Source: Phoronis australis
Taxonomy: Eukaryota; Animalia; Phoronida
Reading direction: 5' to 3'
Assembly (NCBI GenBank): GCA_002633005.1
Contig: NMRA01000228.1
Span: 298,120-362,119 of the forward strand
Length of the DNA: 64,000 bases
Position 1 is the first letter of the stretch. Each line of letters begins with the position of its first letter. The notes under the pieces are model-generated. The model had not been told where the DNA came from and searched no databases. It saw only the letters and a program-made list of their open reading frames with translations. Below are positions 23,777 to 35,860 of the stretch, piece by piece. The position numbers and the translations under genes are program-made.

Positions 23777-26700
23777 CATTTCTACGCTAATAGCAGGGAT
23801 ATACTCAGGTTTCAAAACCCTGCTCGCCAGGTGGGCGAATGAGCCAGAAAATCTACTCGCCCAGCCCGACTGAAATTCAGCCGCCCTGCTGTTTGCATCT
23901 GTCACCACAAACTTGCTGCCAGGGTCAATAAAAATCATCGTTTCTTGCGTTGATGTCACCATCTATTAGGGCTACCGTATTCGCCCAGGGTGCTTAGACA
24001 AATTCATTTCGGAAGGGGGGCGCTTGTTGTAGCCTAAGGCGGTTGAAACCCGGTCTCCGACAACGCCGGGGTGAAATCAAATTTACGAGCTGTGACGTAT
24101 GACAGACTTTCTGCAAAATCGTACGTGGTGTATTGCTATCAAACTTTGTTGCTAAATTACGATCTTTTTTTAAAAATGTGCTGAAATCCAGTGGCGAAAA
24201 CTTGCCTGACCGACTGATGCGTACCCAGATGCCTCGCGATCTTCGATAGGGCAACTTGAATTCTTGAGTAAAAATCACAGTTTCGACTCAACAAATTACC
24301 TGAAATCCTCCTTAAAGGAGAATGCCACCCAAAAAACAACCTATTTTGTATCAATTTAGATCGAGTATTTCCAATCGATAACAGCAAGTACGGTCGTCTT
24401 TCATTACCTGACACGTAGACGGCAAACGAAGGTGTTGAAATTAACCAATGACGTCATTCGAACGCAGTCTGTTCAACAGTTCACAACACGCATACTGGTG
24501 TCAGTTTATCGGTTGAATTCATCGTTTTACATCAAAAAAATACACAAAATCCGATGTAAACCCTTACAAATACATTGAGTTATTGAACAAATCTGTTGTT
24601 TTATTTTGTGGTGCCACCTATCAGTTATAACGATTTGTTAAGTCACTGTAGTTGAGTCTCGTTTTCAGTTATTCCAACATCAAATGTCTCACTGGTTTAA
24701 TAGTAGTATTTTGTTCACCGTGTGTTTCTGATTCCTACATTGGTGCCCTCGAACATTGAACAATTAATATGTCAGAGGGACATAGTGATAAAAAGCTTGT
24801 TACTGACCTCGCCTCAACTCTTCAGACGCTTGCAATGCAAACAACTCAGGTAAACGCGGTGTCCATCAAGTTGCCGAACTTTTGGACAAAATCACCCGAA
24901 CTTTGGTTCGCCAAAGTAGAGGCTCAGTTTGGAACCAAAGTGTTTATACAGGAACAAACAAAATATGATTATGTGGTGAGTGCCCGTGATGTTAACACAG
25001 CCAACGAAGATCAGGCTATTCTCCTCCACCCGTCACCGCTCACAAACAAGTATAGCGCATTCATTGAAGTCCGCTCTAACGCTTTCGGAAAGTCCCAGGA
25101 GAAGGACTCGGAGCTTTTGAACCTTAATGGCCTCGGTGACAAACCGTCCCACTGCTCTCATGCGACGTATTGATCAACGCTGTTAACGACGACCCCCAAA
25201 CTTTAAAGCGTGCTTGTTTCTGACGGACCCGCTGACGTTCGCACTATCCTAACGGCCCACAGCATTGCTAACATAGACGACCTTGCTAAGACTGCGGACC
25301 GTATCTGGGAGGCACGTAGTGCTGGGGTACAACAAGTCTCTATGCCTACAGCAAGTCAAACCACGTTTTCGAGTTTTTACGATGACACCGCCAAGTCCAC
25401 ATCTGTTTCAGTCGGCGGTAGACATGGTTTCTGCCGATACGACGCCGTTCCCGTCCCCAGCATGGTGACGCCGGCCCCCTTACAGGTTCCTCCACAGTAT
25501 GCTTATACCATATGAAGTTTGGGCCCGAGGCTCGTCGCTGTCAACCTGGCTGCAAGTTTGCGTCACTGATGCCCTAGACAAACAATCAGGGAAACGCCAC
25601 AGCCGGCCGTTGAACGTGGTCGGTAGCGGCCGGCGTTTCCCTCCAACACGTTCTCCATTATGGACCAACACACTGGTAGATACTTTTTTATAAACACCAG
25701 CGCTGATGTTTCTGTTTATCCTGCCTCTGCAACAGACCGCAAGAACAATCCACCTTCCGCACTTCTCTCCGCTGCTAACGGGACCATAAACACATGGGAC
25801 ATCCCTCTCGGTGGTGCTCAGTCCTAAGCAGCAGTACGCTCATGAATTTTATCTTGCCCATGTTACCTGCCCGATTCTAGGAGCTGATTTTTTCATTGCC
25901 CACGGCCTATAGTTATTGATCTTAAGGCAAGCGCCTTTTGTCTATTGATAATCCCTCTATTTTTCTACGAAGCAACACGATCTCGCTGACCCTCGCGGGT
26001 CTCTCCCTTCATGCCCATGACGAGTATTCACACTTGTTACGACAGTTTTCGGAGCTGTTTACTCCGTGTTTCGATTCCACGGCGAATAAACACGGTGTTA
26101 AGCACCATATCTCGGATCGTAACCCACGGACCACCCGTCCACGCATGTGCCCGACGTTTGAATCCTGAACGACTGACGGCGGCGAAAGATGAATTTCTGC
26201 GAATGGAAAAGATGGGTATAGTACGTCGTTCCAATTCACCGTGGTCTTCACCACTCCCATCAGTGTCGTCCCCAAGCCTGGCGGTCTATGGCGCCCTTGT
26301 GGTGACTACAGACAACTTAATGCTTCTACCACGGATGACGGCTACCCGTTACCGCATAGTCATGATTTCAACAACCATCTAACCGGATGCCACGTTTTCT
26401 CCAAAATTGATCTGGTTCGGGTCTATCATCAGATTCCGGTGGCCAAAACTGCAATAATCACACCTTTTGGACTATGGAATTTCTTCGCATGCCCTTTGGC
26501 CTCAAGAACGCTGCCCAGGCTTTCCAACGCCTTGATGGATGGTATTTTCAGGGACATTTTGTTGGCTTTTGTCTACTTTGATGACAATGATCTTGGTGGC
26601 CAGCCGCTCGAATGCTGAACATCTGGAACATCTTCGTTAGATCTTCAAGCTGCTGTCGTCCAACGGTCTCGTCATCAATAAGCCCATGCAAGTGCGTCAT

Positions 26701-27840
26701 AGTTTTCGGCGCTGCCGAATTGGCTTTCCTTGGACACCACGTCCCAGCCCGAGGGATCCTTCCACTCCCCGACCGCGTGGTCTCTATTCAAGATTGTGCT
26801 CCTTCAACCAATCGCGCTGAGCCGCAACGATTTCTGGGATTGATGAACTACTAGTTGTTACATACGTCCCGGACTCCACTCCATGCGCAGGCTAGCGGTA
26901 AAGGTCAGGCTATTACCTGGTCAACTGACAGCAAAACTGCTTTCGAAAAGGCCAAAGACGCCTTTAAAGAAGCTATGCTTTTGCGTCACCCTCACCCGAC
27001 CTCACCTACAAGCGTTACAGTCGATGCGTCTAACAAGGCCATCGGTGCCCAACTGGCGCAACTTCAGTACGGTGCTTGGGTTCCTCTTGCTTTCTTCTCA
27101 CGCAAGAGGTTTCAGAAACAACAGAAGTACAACGCTTTCGACCGTGAGCTCCTGGCAGCTTATAACGCAGTTAAGCACTTCAGGCATTTTTTAGAGGGCC
27201 GACCTTTTGCATTATACACTGACCACAAGCCCTTAGTGTCAGCATTGAACAGCGGCAGTGAGCGTTCCCCACGTCAGGCACGGCACCTCGCTTTTATAGC
27301 CGAGTTCACTACGGACATCCGATACCTTAAAGACAAGTTTAACGTGGTGGCTGACGCACTATCCCGTTTCGACATCAACGGCATATCCAGTGACCCTCGC
27401 ATCTTTTCTGTTGGTGACTTCATGTCAGCGAGCTGGCTCATGACCAAGACCAGTCTCCCGAAATGGCAGAATATCGTACAGGCCTTGATCTACAAGATAT
27501 TCTATTTGGAACCTCGACCCTGCTTTGCGATACGTCCACTGGCACATCCCGACCTGTGTTGCCCTCTACTTGGACCCGGCCATGCTGTTTTTGATCGTAT
27601 TCATGGGTTGTCTCACGCTGGTGTTCGCCCTATTCAGCAGGCTATCACTCAGCGTTTTGTCTGGTATGGTATGAAACGAGATATACGGCGGTGGTGCAAA
27701 GAGTGTCGTGCTTGTCAAGCTTCCAAGATACATCGCCACACCCAAGCACCTTTGGTAGAGCGTCCCGCTCCGGCAGCCAGGTTTCGCAGTTTCCACGTGG
27801 AGTCTTGTTGGCCCGCGAGCCAAGGCATGACCTATGTCTG

Positions 27841-28502
27841 CAGTGGCGGATCTAGGATATCACATGCAAGGGGGGCCCCAACATTTTGTCTGAAAACATT
27901 TGCGCAAAGCACGGTTAGATGCGCATATCACCAAATGGGGGGAGGTCGGGAGGGGGGTTTGCCCCCCCTCACGCCCAGGAAAATTTTTCTGTTTTTTCCT
28001 CTAAAGATCAAGCATTTTCCTTGATTCCTGAAGTATTATCCAAGAAAAAAAGGCAAAGAAAAAAAGACGGAGAACGTGTCAAACATGAAAAACTGCATTT
28101 ACCACGGACCCGAACCCACGACCTGGCAAATAGAGCGCGCGTGCTTTACTACTGCACCTCCACGATTTCTCTCTAAATTTAACAATAAGAGACCTACTTG
28201 TTTATGGTCCACAGCGTTTGCGCGCGAAACCTACTTCTTTCTGTAATGCTTATTACACTTTATATATTTTGTGCAATCAGTTCGTAACGAATTTGTTGTA
28301 TTTAAAATAGTCTTCAATTGACCAATAGACCAAATCCGTTTTTTGTGTTGGCATTAATGTGGCGATTGCTTTGGAAATCGTCTTAAGTTAAGGTTTGACA
28401 AAGAGAGAATTAAACTCAACATTTCCCTACGCTCTTGCTGTTTTATTTTTTTGCGGCAGCCAAGGGGGGGGTGGCCTGGGCCCCCCCTAAATCCGCCTCA
28501 TA
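27841..28502 (+). mobile_element. MITE type B inserted in the Gypsy integrase
   Basis: CAGTGGCGGATCTAG ... CTAAATCCGCCTCATA, flanked by GTCTG / GTCTT. Removing it restores the integrase reading QGMTYVFTIIDCFTRWPEAIP. Confidence 0.9.
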
Positions 28503-29078
28503 GTCTTCACGATCATTGACTGCTTCACCCGGTGGCCCGAGGCCATACCTCTTCCTGACGCTCAAGCTTCGTCCTGTGCGGCTGCTCTAGTCCATCATTG
28601 GATTTCCCGCTTTGGTGTGCCTGAGGACATCACGTCTCATTCGCGGTGCTCAGTTCACTTCGGCGCTTTGGAGTGAATGCAACAAGCTTTTGTGTGTTAC
28701 TACTCACACCACAACTGCATAACGCCCACAGGCGAATGGCATGATAGAACGTTTTCACCGCGCCCTGAAGGCGTCTCTAAAGGCGCGTACTACCAGCCCG
28801 CACTGGTTTGCAGAACTGCCGCTAGTCTTGTTGGGGATACGCTCGTCCTGGTCGGTGGATACTGGCTGTTCTCCTGCTGAACTTGTGTATGGGTCGCCTC
28901 TCCACTTACCGGGCGAATTTCTTCAGCCGCTCGACGCTCGTACGATATGGAGCCGGACTCAATTTTCCTAAAGCATCTACAACACACCATGCGTACTGTG
29001 CAGCCCACGCCACCTAGTTTCCATGGCGGTCGACCCAGTTATATACCCTCCAACTTGGCGTCTACAGAGTATGTGTAT

Positions 29079-29185
29079 CACAGGCGTCCTCAGCTTCTGA
29101 TCGTCACCAATACACTACATATAATACTACCTTGTAGTATTATATGTAGTGTATTGGGGACGATCAGAAGCTGAGGACGCCTGTG
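29079..29185. mobile_element. 107-bp palindromic (foldback) MITE with 8-bp TSD, inserted in the Gypsy integrase
   Basis: 52-bp arms (one mismatch) around a CTT loop, flanked by ATGTGTAT on both sides. Removing it restores STEYVYVR. Confidence 0.92.
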
Positions 29186-29899
29186 ATGTGTATGTGCGCC
29201 TCAATGCTTACCGTCATCCGCTCCAGCGCCCCTATGATGGCCCATATCGCATAATCAACACAAATGACAAGTTCTACACGCTTGACATTAAGGGTCGCGA
29301 GCAGACGGTTTCTGTGGATCATCTCAAAGCCGCTTATGTCAACCACTTCACGTCCACGGATGACACCTTCACACGGCGTCCCGATGCCACCACGCCCCGT
29401 AGTGCTTCCCCTTTCTAGGAAGCCTAGAAAATCACTTCCGAGGCCACATTTTGGGGGCAACATAATTTTAGTGTTTTTAAGGTCATTAAGTACTATACTT
29501 TAAGAATCTAAAAAGTTCCCAAAGTTTGACTTGGAAGTTTTCGAGAAATTTGACCTCGAAAATCTGACTTTTTGCATAATTTGGCACAGAAAACCAATCT
29601 TCAAAATCCAACAACACTAGACAAAAACTGAATGATAACTTGATTGGGATTTGTTCATTTGAAGTTACTGAACAAGAAAAATGATATATATTATGATATT
29701 AGGTGGAAAATTGCTCAAAAAAGGTAAAAAGAAATATTTTAGCAGCGCTTCCTGTTGACCAGAAAACATACTACTATATTCTGATCTGCCAAAAAAACAA
29801 ATACTGTTAAACATTTGGATGGAACTTGATGAAGATTTGATATCAATTTGCCTAATAGTCTTAAGGATGCTGACTGTTATAATTTCAGACACCACCTCA

Positions 29900-30175
29900 T
29901 CAGTTACCTGTGGTCGTCATAGATGTCCCTCCTTTTTGTCTTTCCAATATATTTACCAAAACTTTTTTATTTATTTATTTATCTTTAATTCAATTTGTTT
30001 ATCCAATTTGTAAATACCATTTTATTTAATGTACCTTATTGTATCTTAATTTAATCTGTTTATCTAAATTAATGTAATTAATTTTAATTTCTTGCTCCAG
30101 AGGACCATGCTGGATATTAGCCTTTGGCTAAAGCATGTTTTACATTTATTGTATTCTTATCCTCTTTAAATAAAG

Positions 30176-30215
<40 letters not shown>
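29900..30215 (+). mobile_element. LINE-like 3' tail ending in AATAAA + (ATT)n
   Basis: AT-rich UTR-like tract, short GC-richer terminal segment, AATAAA, then (ATT)n at ~30179-30215. Confidence 0.45.
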
Positions 30216-30216
<1 letters not shown>

Positions 30217-30475
30217 CACAACCTACATATGAACAATATAGATTCCCAACACTTCTACAACAAATTCACTGTCATCACTTTCATTAATTGTCACAATTAA
30301 TTATCATTATCCACATAGCTGTTGACTGTCAACTGTCACAGGGAACGATACACCCAACAGTCCCCACAGTCACCAGCATGATTAAATGTTAATATTTTCC
30401 ATCAAGTTGAAAATTTACAGTACTTTAACAACATAGCATACACTTATTATGTTTCTTCATCCACTCCATCCTCAT

Positions 30476-30930
30476 TTATATCATCATTATTGTCATCACG
30501 TTGTTTTTTGACTGAGACACCCTGTTCACAAAGTCTGGACAGTCACACAACTTAGAGCATGGCATGCCCGACTTCAAACACGAGCACATTTTTTTACTAC
30601 AACCACTTCTTTTATATTTGCCATTAACATTTTTCATGGCATTTTCTGGGGCTAAAGGCAGAGTCATCCAGTGGAGCATCAGACTACCCCGCTCCAAAAG
30701 CCACCCATTACCAACTGGAGATGGTGCACTGACGTGCTGTTGCAAGGCTCGTTTGTGAATGGCACACTGGTAGTTTGCTCTTTTAGCATGTAACAGCAAA
30801 CAATCATGACGAGGAGGTAGATCACAGATTTCAACCTGAATATATGGTAGTGTGCTTTGTTAACTGTTTAGGACTCGCCGTACAGCTTGCATACAAACGG
30901 TTCAATGTCTTCCAGGAGTTAACCATGAAA
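30476..30930 (-). mobile_element. DNA-transposon ORF remnant with C-terminal Cys-rich finger (Academ-like)
   Basis: LLHAKRANYQ...PSPVGNGW...GCSKKMCSCLKSGMPCSKLCDCPDFVN, preceded by DLPPRH and EPFVCKLYG on the minus strand; disrupted by stops. The superfamily is assigned from recalled motif similarity. Confidence 0.6.
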
Positions 30931-32000
30931 CACAAATTTTGAGTCCAACTTTAATGGCAAAGAAAAAGTTTTAAAAAATCTCTGCAAGCCTGCATCCTAC
31001 CCAAAATAAAAAAGTTTTGACAACCTGAATACGGCTTCATCTAAACACCTTGTTACAGTAATACTATTTAACTGAAATAGATAACCAAAATGCTCTTCAC
31101 CTTAGCTCGCAGTATGGCCAACAACTGAAATTTCATTTTGTCTAAGTGCTCAGCGAAAATAAGCATTAAGAGAAATGAGCATCATTACTAGCATTGATTA
31201 CACTGTGCACAATTTAAAACATAGAAACATTATTATCATCCTTAATACAGTAGCTCAGCCTTTGAAAATAGAAGAATGATCATGTTGGCAATAGTTTTTG
31301 TTTGAAATTGAAAAGCTAAAATTTCATTTGACTTCCTGTTTTAAATAGCAAGAGTAAACATTTTCCTTCGCTAAAAACTCCTATTCAACAATCTTCAAAA
31401 CGTGAGACACTGAAATCTGCGCAACATTTGAATTTTCAAGATAAATAAATTACAGAACACAGGCAATATTTCCATTTTTATATTTCTCAAATTGCAAGCA
31501 CTGTTCATGATTTTGCATATAAAAGGGTCTCAAAATAGGCTTAGAAATTCATAAAAGGCAGTGCTGATCACTCACATGTAGGTAAAAACTACTACCAGTA
31601 GCCTACATTTGACATTGAGGCGACTATTACTACAAATTTATGAAGCAAAATAATTTTTGTAGTGTGACCTAAACTAAAGATTATTTACCATAAATGACAC
31701 TTTTTCAAATTAAGAATAGGTAGGCCTATTTAAAATTGAATGTTTGGAACTGGGATAGGTTTTCAACTTTTCTTTTGTTTGTGAAGTTCCCTGTGATGAA
31801 ATTTGATTTGTGGCAAATGGTTCATTGTGGTGGCAAAACACACTGTTAAATGTACATGTAACTGACAGTGACAATCTCCTTAATTTTCTCGTGGGCTCAA
31901 CATTATTTCCATCATCAGCTTGGTCTCTTCTTCTTTTTTAAGAGCTCTTTCAATTTTTGTTATATCTGTTGAGTGTCTGTAACACTGTTTGTGATAGAAG

Positions 32001-32259
32001 CATGCGCGCACCAAGCCTAAAAATGGGGGGGCTCGAGTTTTTGAGAATGTGGACATTTATTAAGATTCACGGGGTACTTCAGAGCTACGAATTGTGCGTT
32101 CGCCGAATTTTGGTAGTTCCTGCTTTTTTAGTGAACTTTCGTCTCATTTTCTACTGTTTCGGAGTTTTTGTTTCTCAGAGGCTGACCTTTTTACCCACTT
32201 TACCAAATGGAGGAGGCTCGTTCAAGCCCCCGAGCCCCCCACCCCTGGGTGCGCGCATG
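32001..32259. mobile_element. MITE type C
   Basis: CATGCGCGCACCAAG ... CTGGGTGCGCGCATG, flanks AGAAG / ACAAG. Confidence 0.85.
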
Positions 32260-32892
32260 ACAAGAGCTCTGTTTTTTCACAAAAACTTATCAGCAATGAT
32301 ACTTCTCCTGCACTCATTGTTTATACGTTTGTTTGCAGTAGCCTTAGACCAGGTAATATCTGAAAATTCCAGCTCAGAAATTTCAGCAGAACCGGACACA
32401 TTAATCATTGAATGCTGCAAGGGGCAGGCATCTTGCCAGTCTATTGTGAAGTCGCACACTCTTTCAATAATTCATGGTTTCTTTGCGAAACACAAAATGA
32501 TTCACTCAGGAATGTGCCAAGAATCGTTTCAGTACGATGACACTCGAGGCCACTTGATTTGGCACTCCTCAATTCCTAACTGCTGCCTGCTGGTTTTTGA
32601 GTCTTGGTCCTTGGTTATTGCCTATTACTTGCACACCCATCCAAGAATTGATACTATCCTATGTAGTCAGTAGCAGTAAACAAGTTAGGCAATGACCATC
32701 GCCTCTGTTGGCGCGACCAGAGGCGATGCAGCTCCTATTGGCGCTCCATACGCCGGAAGCTTTTCGGCGAATTATGCCTCGCGCCGACTAAAACATCAAA
32801 TTCACGTTGTTATAAATACCTTTTGCGCATAGAGGAACACCTTAGGAGGTTGTCGATTTGTCGATGTGTTCACAGGTCGATCGACGCGATTG

Positions 32893-33100
32893 TTAGGTTT
32901 CACAAGCTATCAGTTCGAACCGGAATTCACTGATCAAGAAATACAAGAGAGGCGCCGAGAACGTGCACAGACAACGAAACATATGGATAGTTACGAAAAC
33001 CGTTTGAATGATTTGTCATGGTGTCAGTGTGCTAACTGCCCGATAATGGAAACAACTGACGCGTGCGTTTGCTGTCACGAAATTCCGCAAGTGAAACCGT
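32893..33100 (+). pseudogene. Fragment of a P2X7 C-terminal (Cys-rich ballast)-like domain, probably transposon-borne
   Basis: YQFEPE...RLNDLSWCQCANCPIMETTDACVCCHEIPQV fits the YxFEP...WCxCxxC..M....C.CC.E pattern; similarity is lost after ~33100. Confidence 0.7.
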
Positions 33101-33612
33101 CGGGATCAATGGGAAGTCACTTTCCTGCTCTCATTAGGCCTACTCCAGTGAGCGCCAATATGAAAAGTCCCCTATATTACTACAGCCAAATACCGTTTTT
33201 GGAAGAACCGACAGTTGATGGAGTGGGACTGGCGTTTGTACATGTTTATGAGATAAGTCCAGTGAAATATGATCAAATCTTGGAAGCGTGAAACGGCGGG
33301 TCCCGGTTTTGGAATTCAGTTCCGCCAGAAGGTGAACCAGACACTGTGGAGATATTTTAATGACCACGTGATGACGTCACCATGAGTCTGACCCCCTCAT
33401 CCCTCATATGATGACGTAACATGTGAACTCTCCCTTATGAGAACGTCAAATATTTATGAGGGAGCAATTCGGCTTAAACCTTTCTACTGATGTCAAATTT
33501 CAAAATCAACGTCACATACTACTGCCATTTAGTTTGTTAACTCTCTTAATCGCTCTACTGTGAAATCAAACAATGGCAGTAGATGCCCATTCATGAGCTG
33601 GAAAGCGTATAT

Positions 33613-35860
33613 TTACGGAGATTCTTTTGATTTCAACTTAAACTTGTTGCTGGCGATTGCCAAAGATTGGTAGAAACTGCTATCAAAAGGTCCAACATTT
33701 CTAGTCCTGTTACTCAGCCATTCTTCTAAACACACTAAAACCGTGCTGTCGTAACTGTTCATTAACAGCTTGTTAACAAATAACTCTTGACGATTCACAA
33801 GTTCTGGCAAATGTCTGTAGTCGGGTATGCAGACTCCTCTCACGCTATTCTCTCCACACCGTGGACTCCCTTGCCATTCGACGTATGCTGCAAGCCACGC
33901 ATGTTGATGAGGATCTCCTGTATATAACAGAGCAGACCAATGAAACTTACCAAGTCGTACAATTTGTGAAAGGCTGAGTTTAAATATTTCGTAAATGAAA
34001 AGGTTGACAGGACAAAATTGACTGACAAAGATAAAGGAAAACACCACAATTCTATATACTATGAAAGCAAAGTCTTTGGATATTTCTAAACTTAAAATAA
34101 TTCATCTCACAAAAATTAAAAGATAAGTCCCTAAAGTTCATTTAATTTGAAATACTTTTAAGTTATAAATGACCTTCATCACAGGCGCTCATGTCATGTA
34201 TGTATGTATGCATGTATGTATGTATGTATGTGTGCATGTATGTGCGCAAGTGTGTGTGCGTGTGTGTGTGTGTGCGTGTGTGCAGATGGGTATGAATGGT
34301 TTTCAATTTATTATACATGTCACAATTTATTAATTATTACATGCACCAGGGATAATTTTAATAGCGAGACACGCGTCACTGGTGCATGAAAATTTCATTG
34401 ACGCACTAGGATTACTTAACTCATGTCAACTTATGAGTTAAGCTGTCGCCTGATTCTGTCTTGAATACCGGTAATACCACAGCATGCAGAGCAGTTTATC
34501 AAAAAGAACAATTTTAGCGATGAGGCATTGCATATCGCGAAAGTTAAGATCTCAGAAAATGTGACTAGTTAAATTAAAGTGCACGCATGCACGCACGTAC
34601 GCACGCACACACACACATATATATGCCGTTTAGACCTGAGGTAGCAGAAGCCATCAACCATATTTAAATGACACACTCAATAATAGAGTCGAAGAAGGGC
34701 AGATATTCAACTGTGACCTATAGGTCCTAAATATTGGTCAATGCATTTGAGACCATATGGGTCAATTGACCGGCTCATAATCATGTTTTTCTCATGCATG
34801 TATATATGCTGTTATTAATAAATATTTTGAAACGAATGATTTTTTAACAATACGTACCTGAAAAACCACCCGGTGATTTGAATACGGGGTTGATTGATGT
34901 GAACTGTAAAGAAGCCCAAAATATTTCATCGGGACTATATGTAGATTTGACCCACTCAAGAAAGTCTTGGACAACGGGGTCCGTCATTACAAACTGTAGA
35001 AATGGCCTCGAGAACACATTATATGCACTACCTTTTATCACCGTGATATTATGTGGTGGACTGGTATGTTTCGCGTTCGTGCTCTTTACCACGGGTAGAG
35101 AAATGATGTTAACCTGTTCTTCATAGCCTTTTTTCCACTTGTAGTCTTGGTCCTCGATACGTTTTCCATGAAACCCCAAGATGTCATTTGACCCATTGTA
35201 AATCTGTAAAATTTCCACAATCTCCCTGTTTGTTTTCAACGGGAACATTTCTCCAGATAAGTTTATCAAATATCGCCATTTAGAATCACGTTCGAGTAGA
35301 TCATTAAAACAGTTGAGATCAGCCTGAAGTCTACTAAAACCGCCATAAACTACTTTTTCTAATTTTGACGCAATAAAAACATTTGCGAAACAGCTTGCTA
35401 TGGCCTCAATAGAAAGATGGACTAGTAGATCCGCTTTTCTGTCCAAATGCACGCAATACAAGTTCTGCGGAGTATATATGGCGCGAAGAAGTCTTTCAAA
35501 CTGTTCCACGTGGTTATATAACAAGATGCTATAAGCTATTGGGAAGTTCGCCTCCTTTTTCGACGACGGTTTCAAAAGATATTGTCTCGATGATATCCAG
35601 TCGTCGCAATTTGATATTAATAGAGGTTTGACACAACCCTCAACTTCCACACGATACGCTCGACTCATTTCTAGAGAATCGTTTGCTATAAGTTTGGCAC
35701 AATTTACCCGCATATACTGCACTCTCAGAAATTCCTCAAACCGCCGGTTTGGGTTGACAAGAACTAGCAACACAGCGGCTGTGATGCTCACTACTAACAA
35801 CGAGCAACACAATTTTCTTCTCTTGAACATCCGGAATTGCAGATGGATGCAGTTCGACAT
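33613..35860 (-). CDS. GCNT: GCNT (GT14 beta-1,6-N-acetylglucosaminyltransferase) paralog B, apparently intact, ~435 aa; join(35860-34858, 33917-33613)
   Basis: ATG at 35860 just after the acceptor at 35877. Basic residues then a hydrophobic signal-anchor (type II Golgi protein) and all GT14 branch motifs. Donor TCA G|gtacgt, acceptor tacag|GA GAT, frame consistent to TAA at 33613. Confidence 0.92.
34195..34283. repeat. (TATG)n/(TG)n compound microsatellite in the GCNT-B intron
   Basis: Direct simple repeat. Confidence 0.9.

Larger units (their letters stand above)
24741..29460 (+). mobile_element. Decayed Ty3/Gypsy LTR retrotransposon internal region (CsRn1-like gag): gag-PR-RT-RNase H-IN
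   Basis: Gag VSIKLPNFWTKSPELWFAKVEAQF. RT motifs [36 protein letters not shown] and YFDD. RNase H TVDAS, AFFSR, DRELLA, FRHFLEGRPF.LYTDHKPL, NVVADALSR. Integrase H..H/C..C finger, IDCFTRWPEAIP, IERFHR and the GPY/F motif LQRPYDGPY. PBS-like TGGTG after ..TACAT at 24741 and a G-run at ~29453. Many frameshifts and stops; no LTR pair found. Confidence 0.95.

Noticed and set aside
23806-24051. CAGGTTTCAAA ... TTGAAACCCG as a hAT-like element
   Set aside because: The termini are short and imperfect, with no TSD and no second copy in the window.
26855-28024. 389-aa ORF as an intact gene
   Set aside because: It is a frameshifted Gypsy RNase H/integrase piece that reads into a MITE.
31957-32673. 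238-aa hydrophobic ORF
   Set aside because: It spans a type-C MITE, has a non-ATG start and shows no recognisable motifs.
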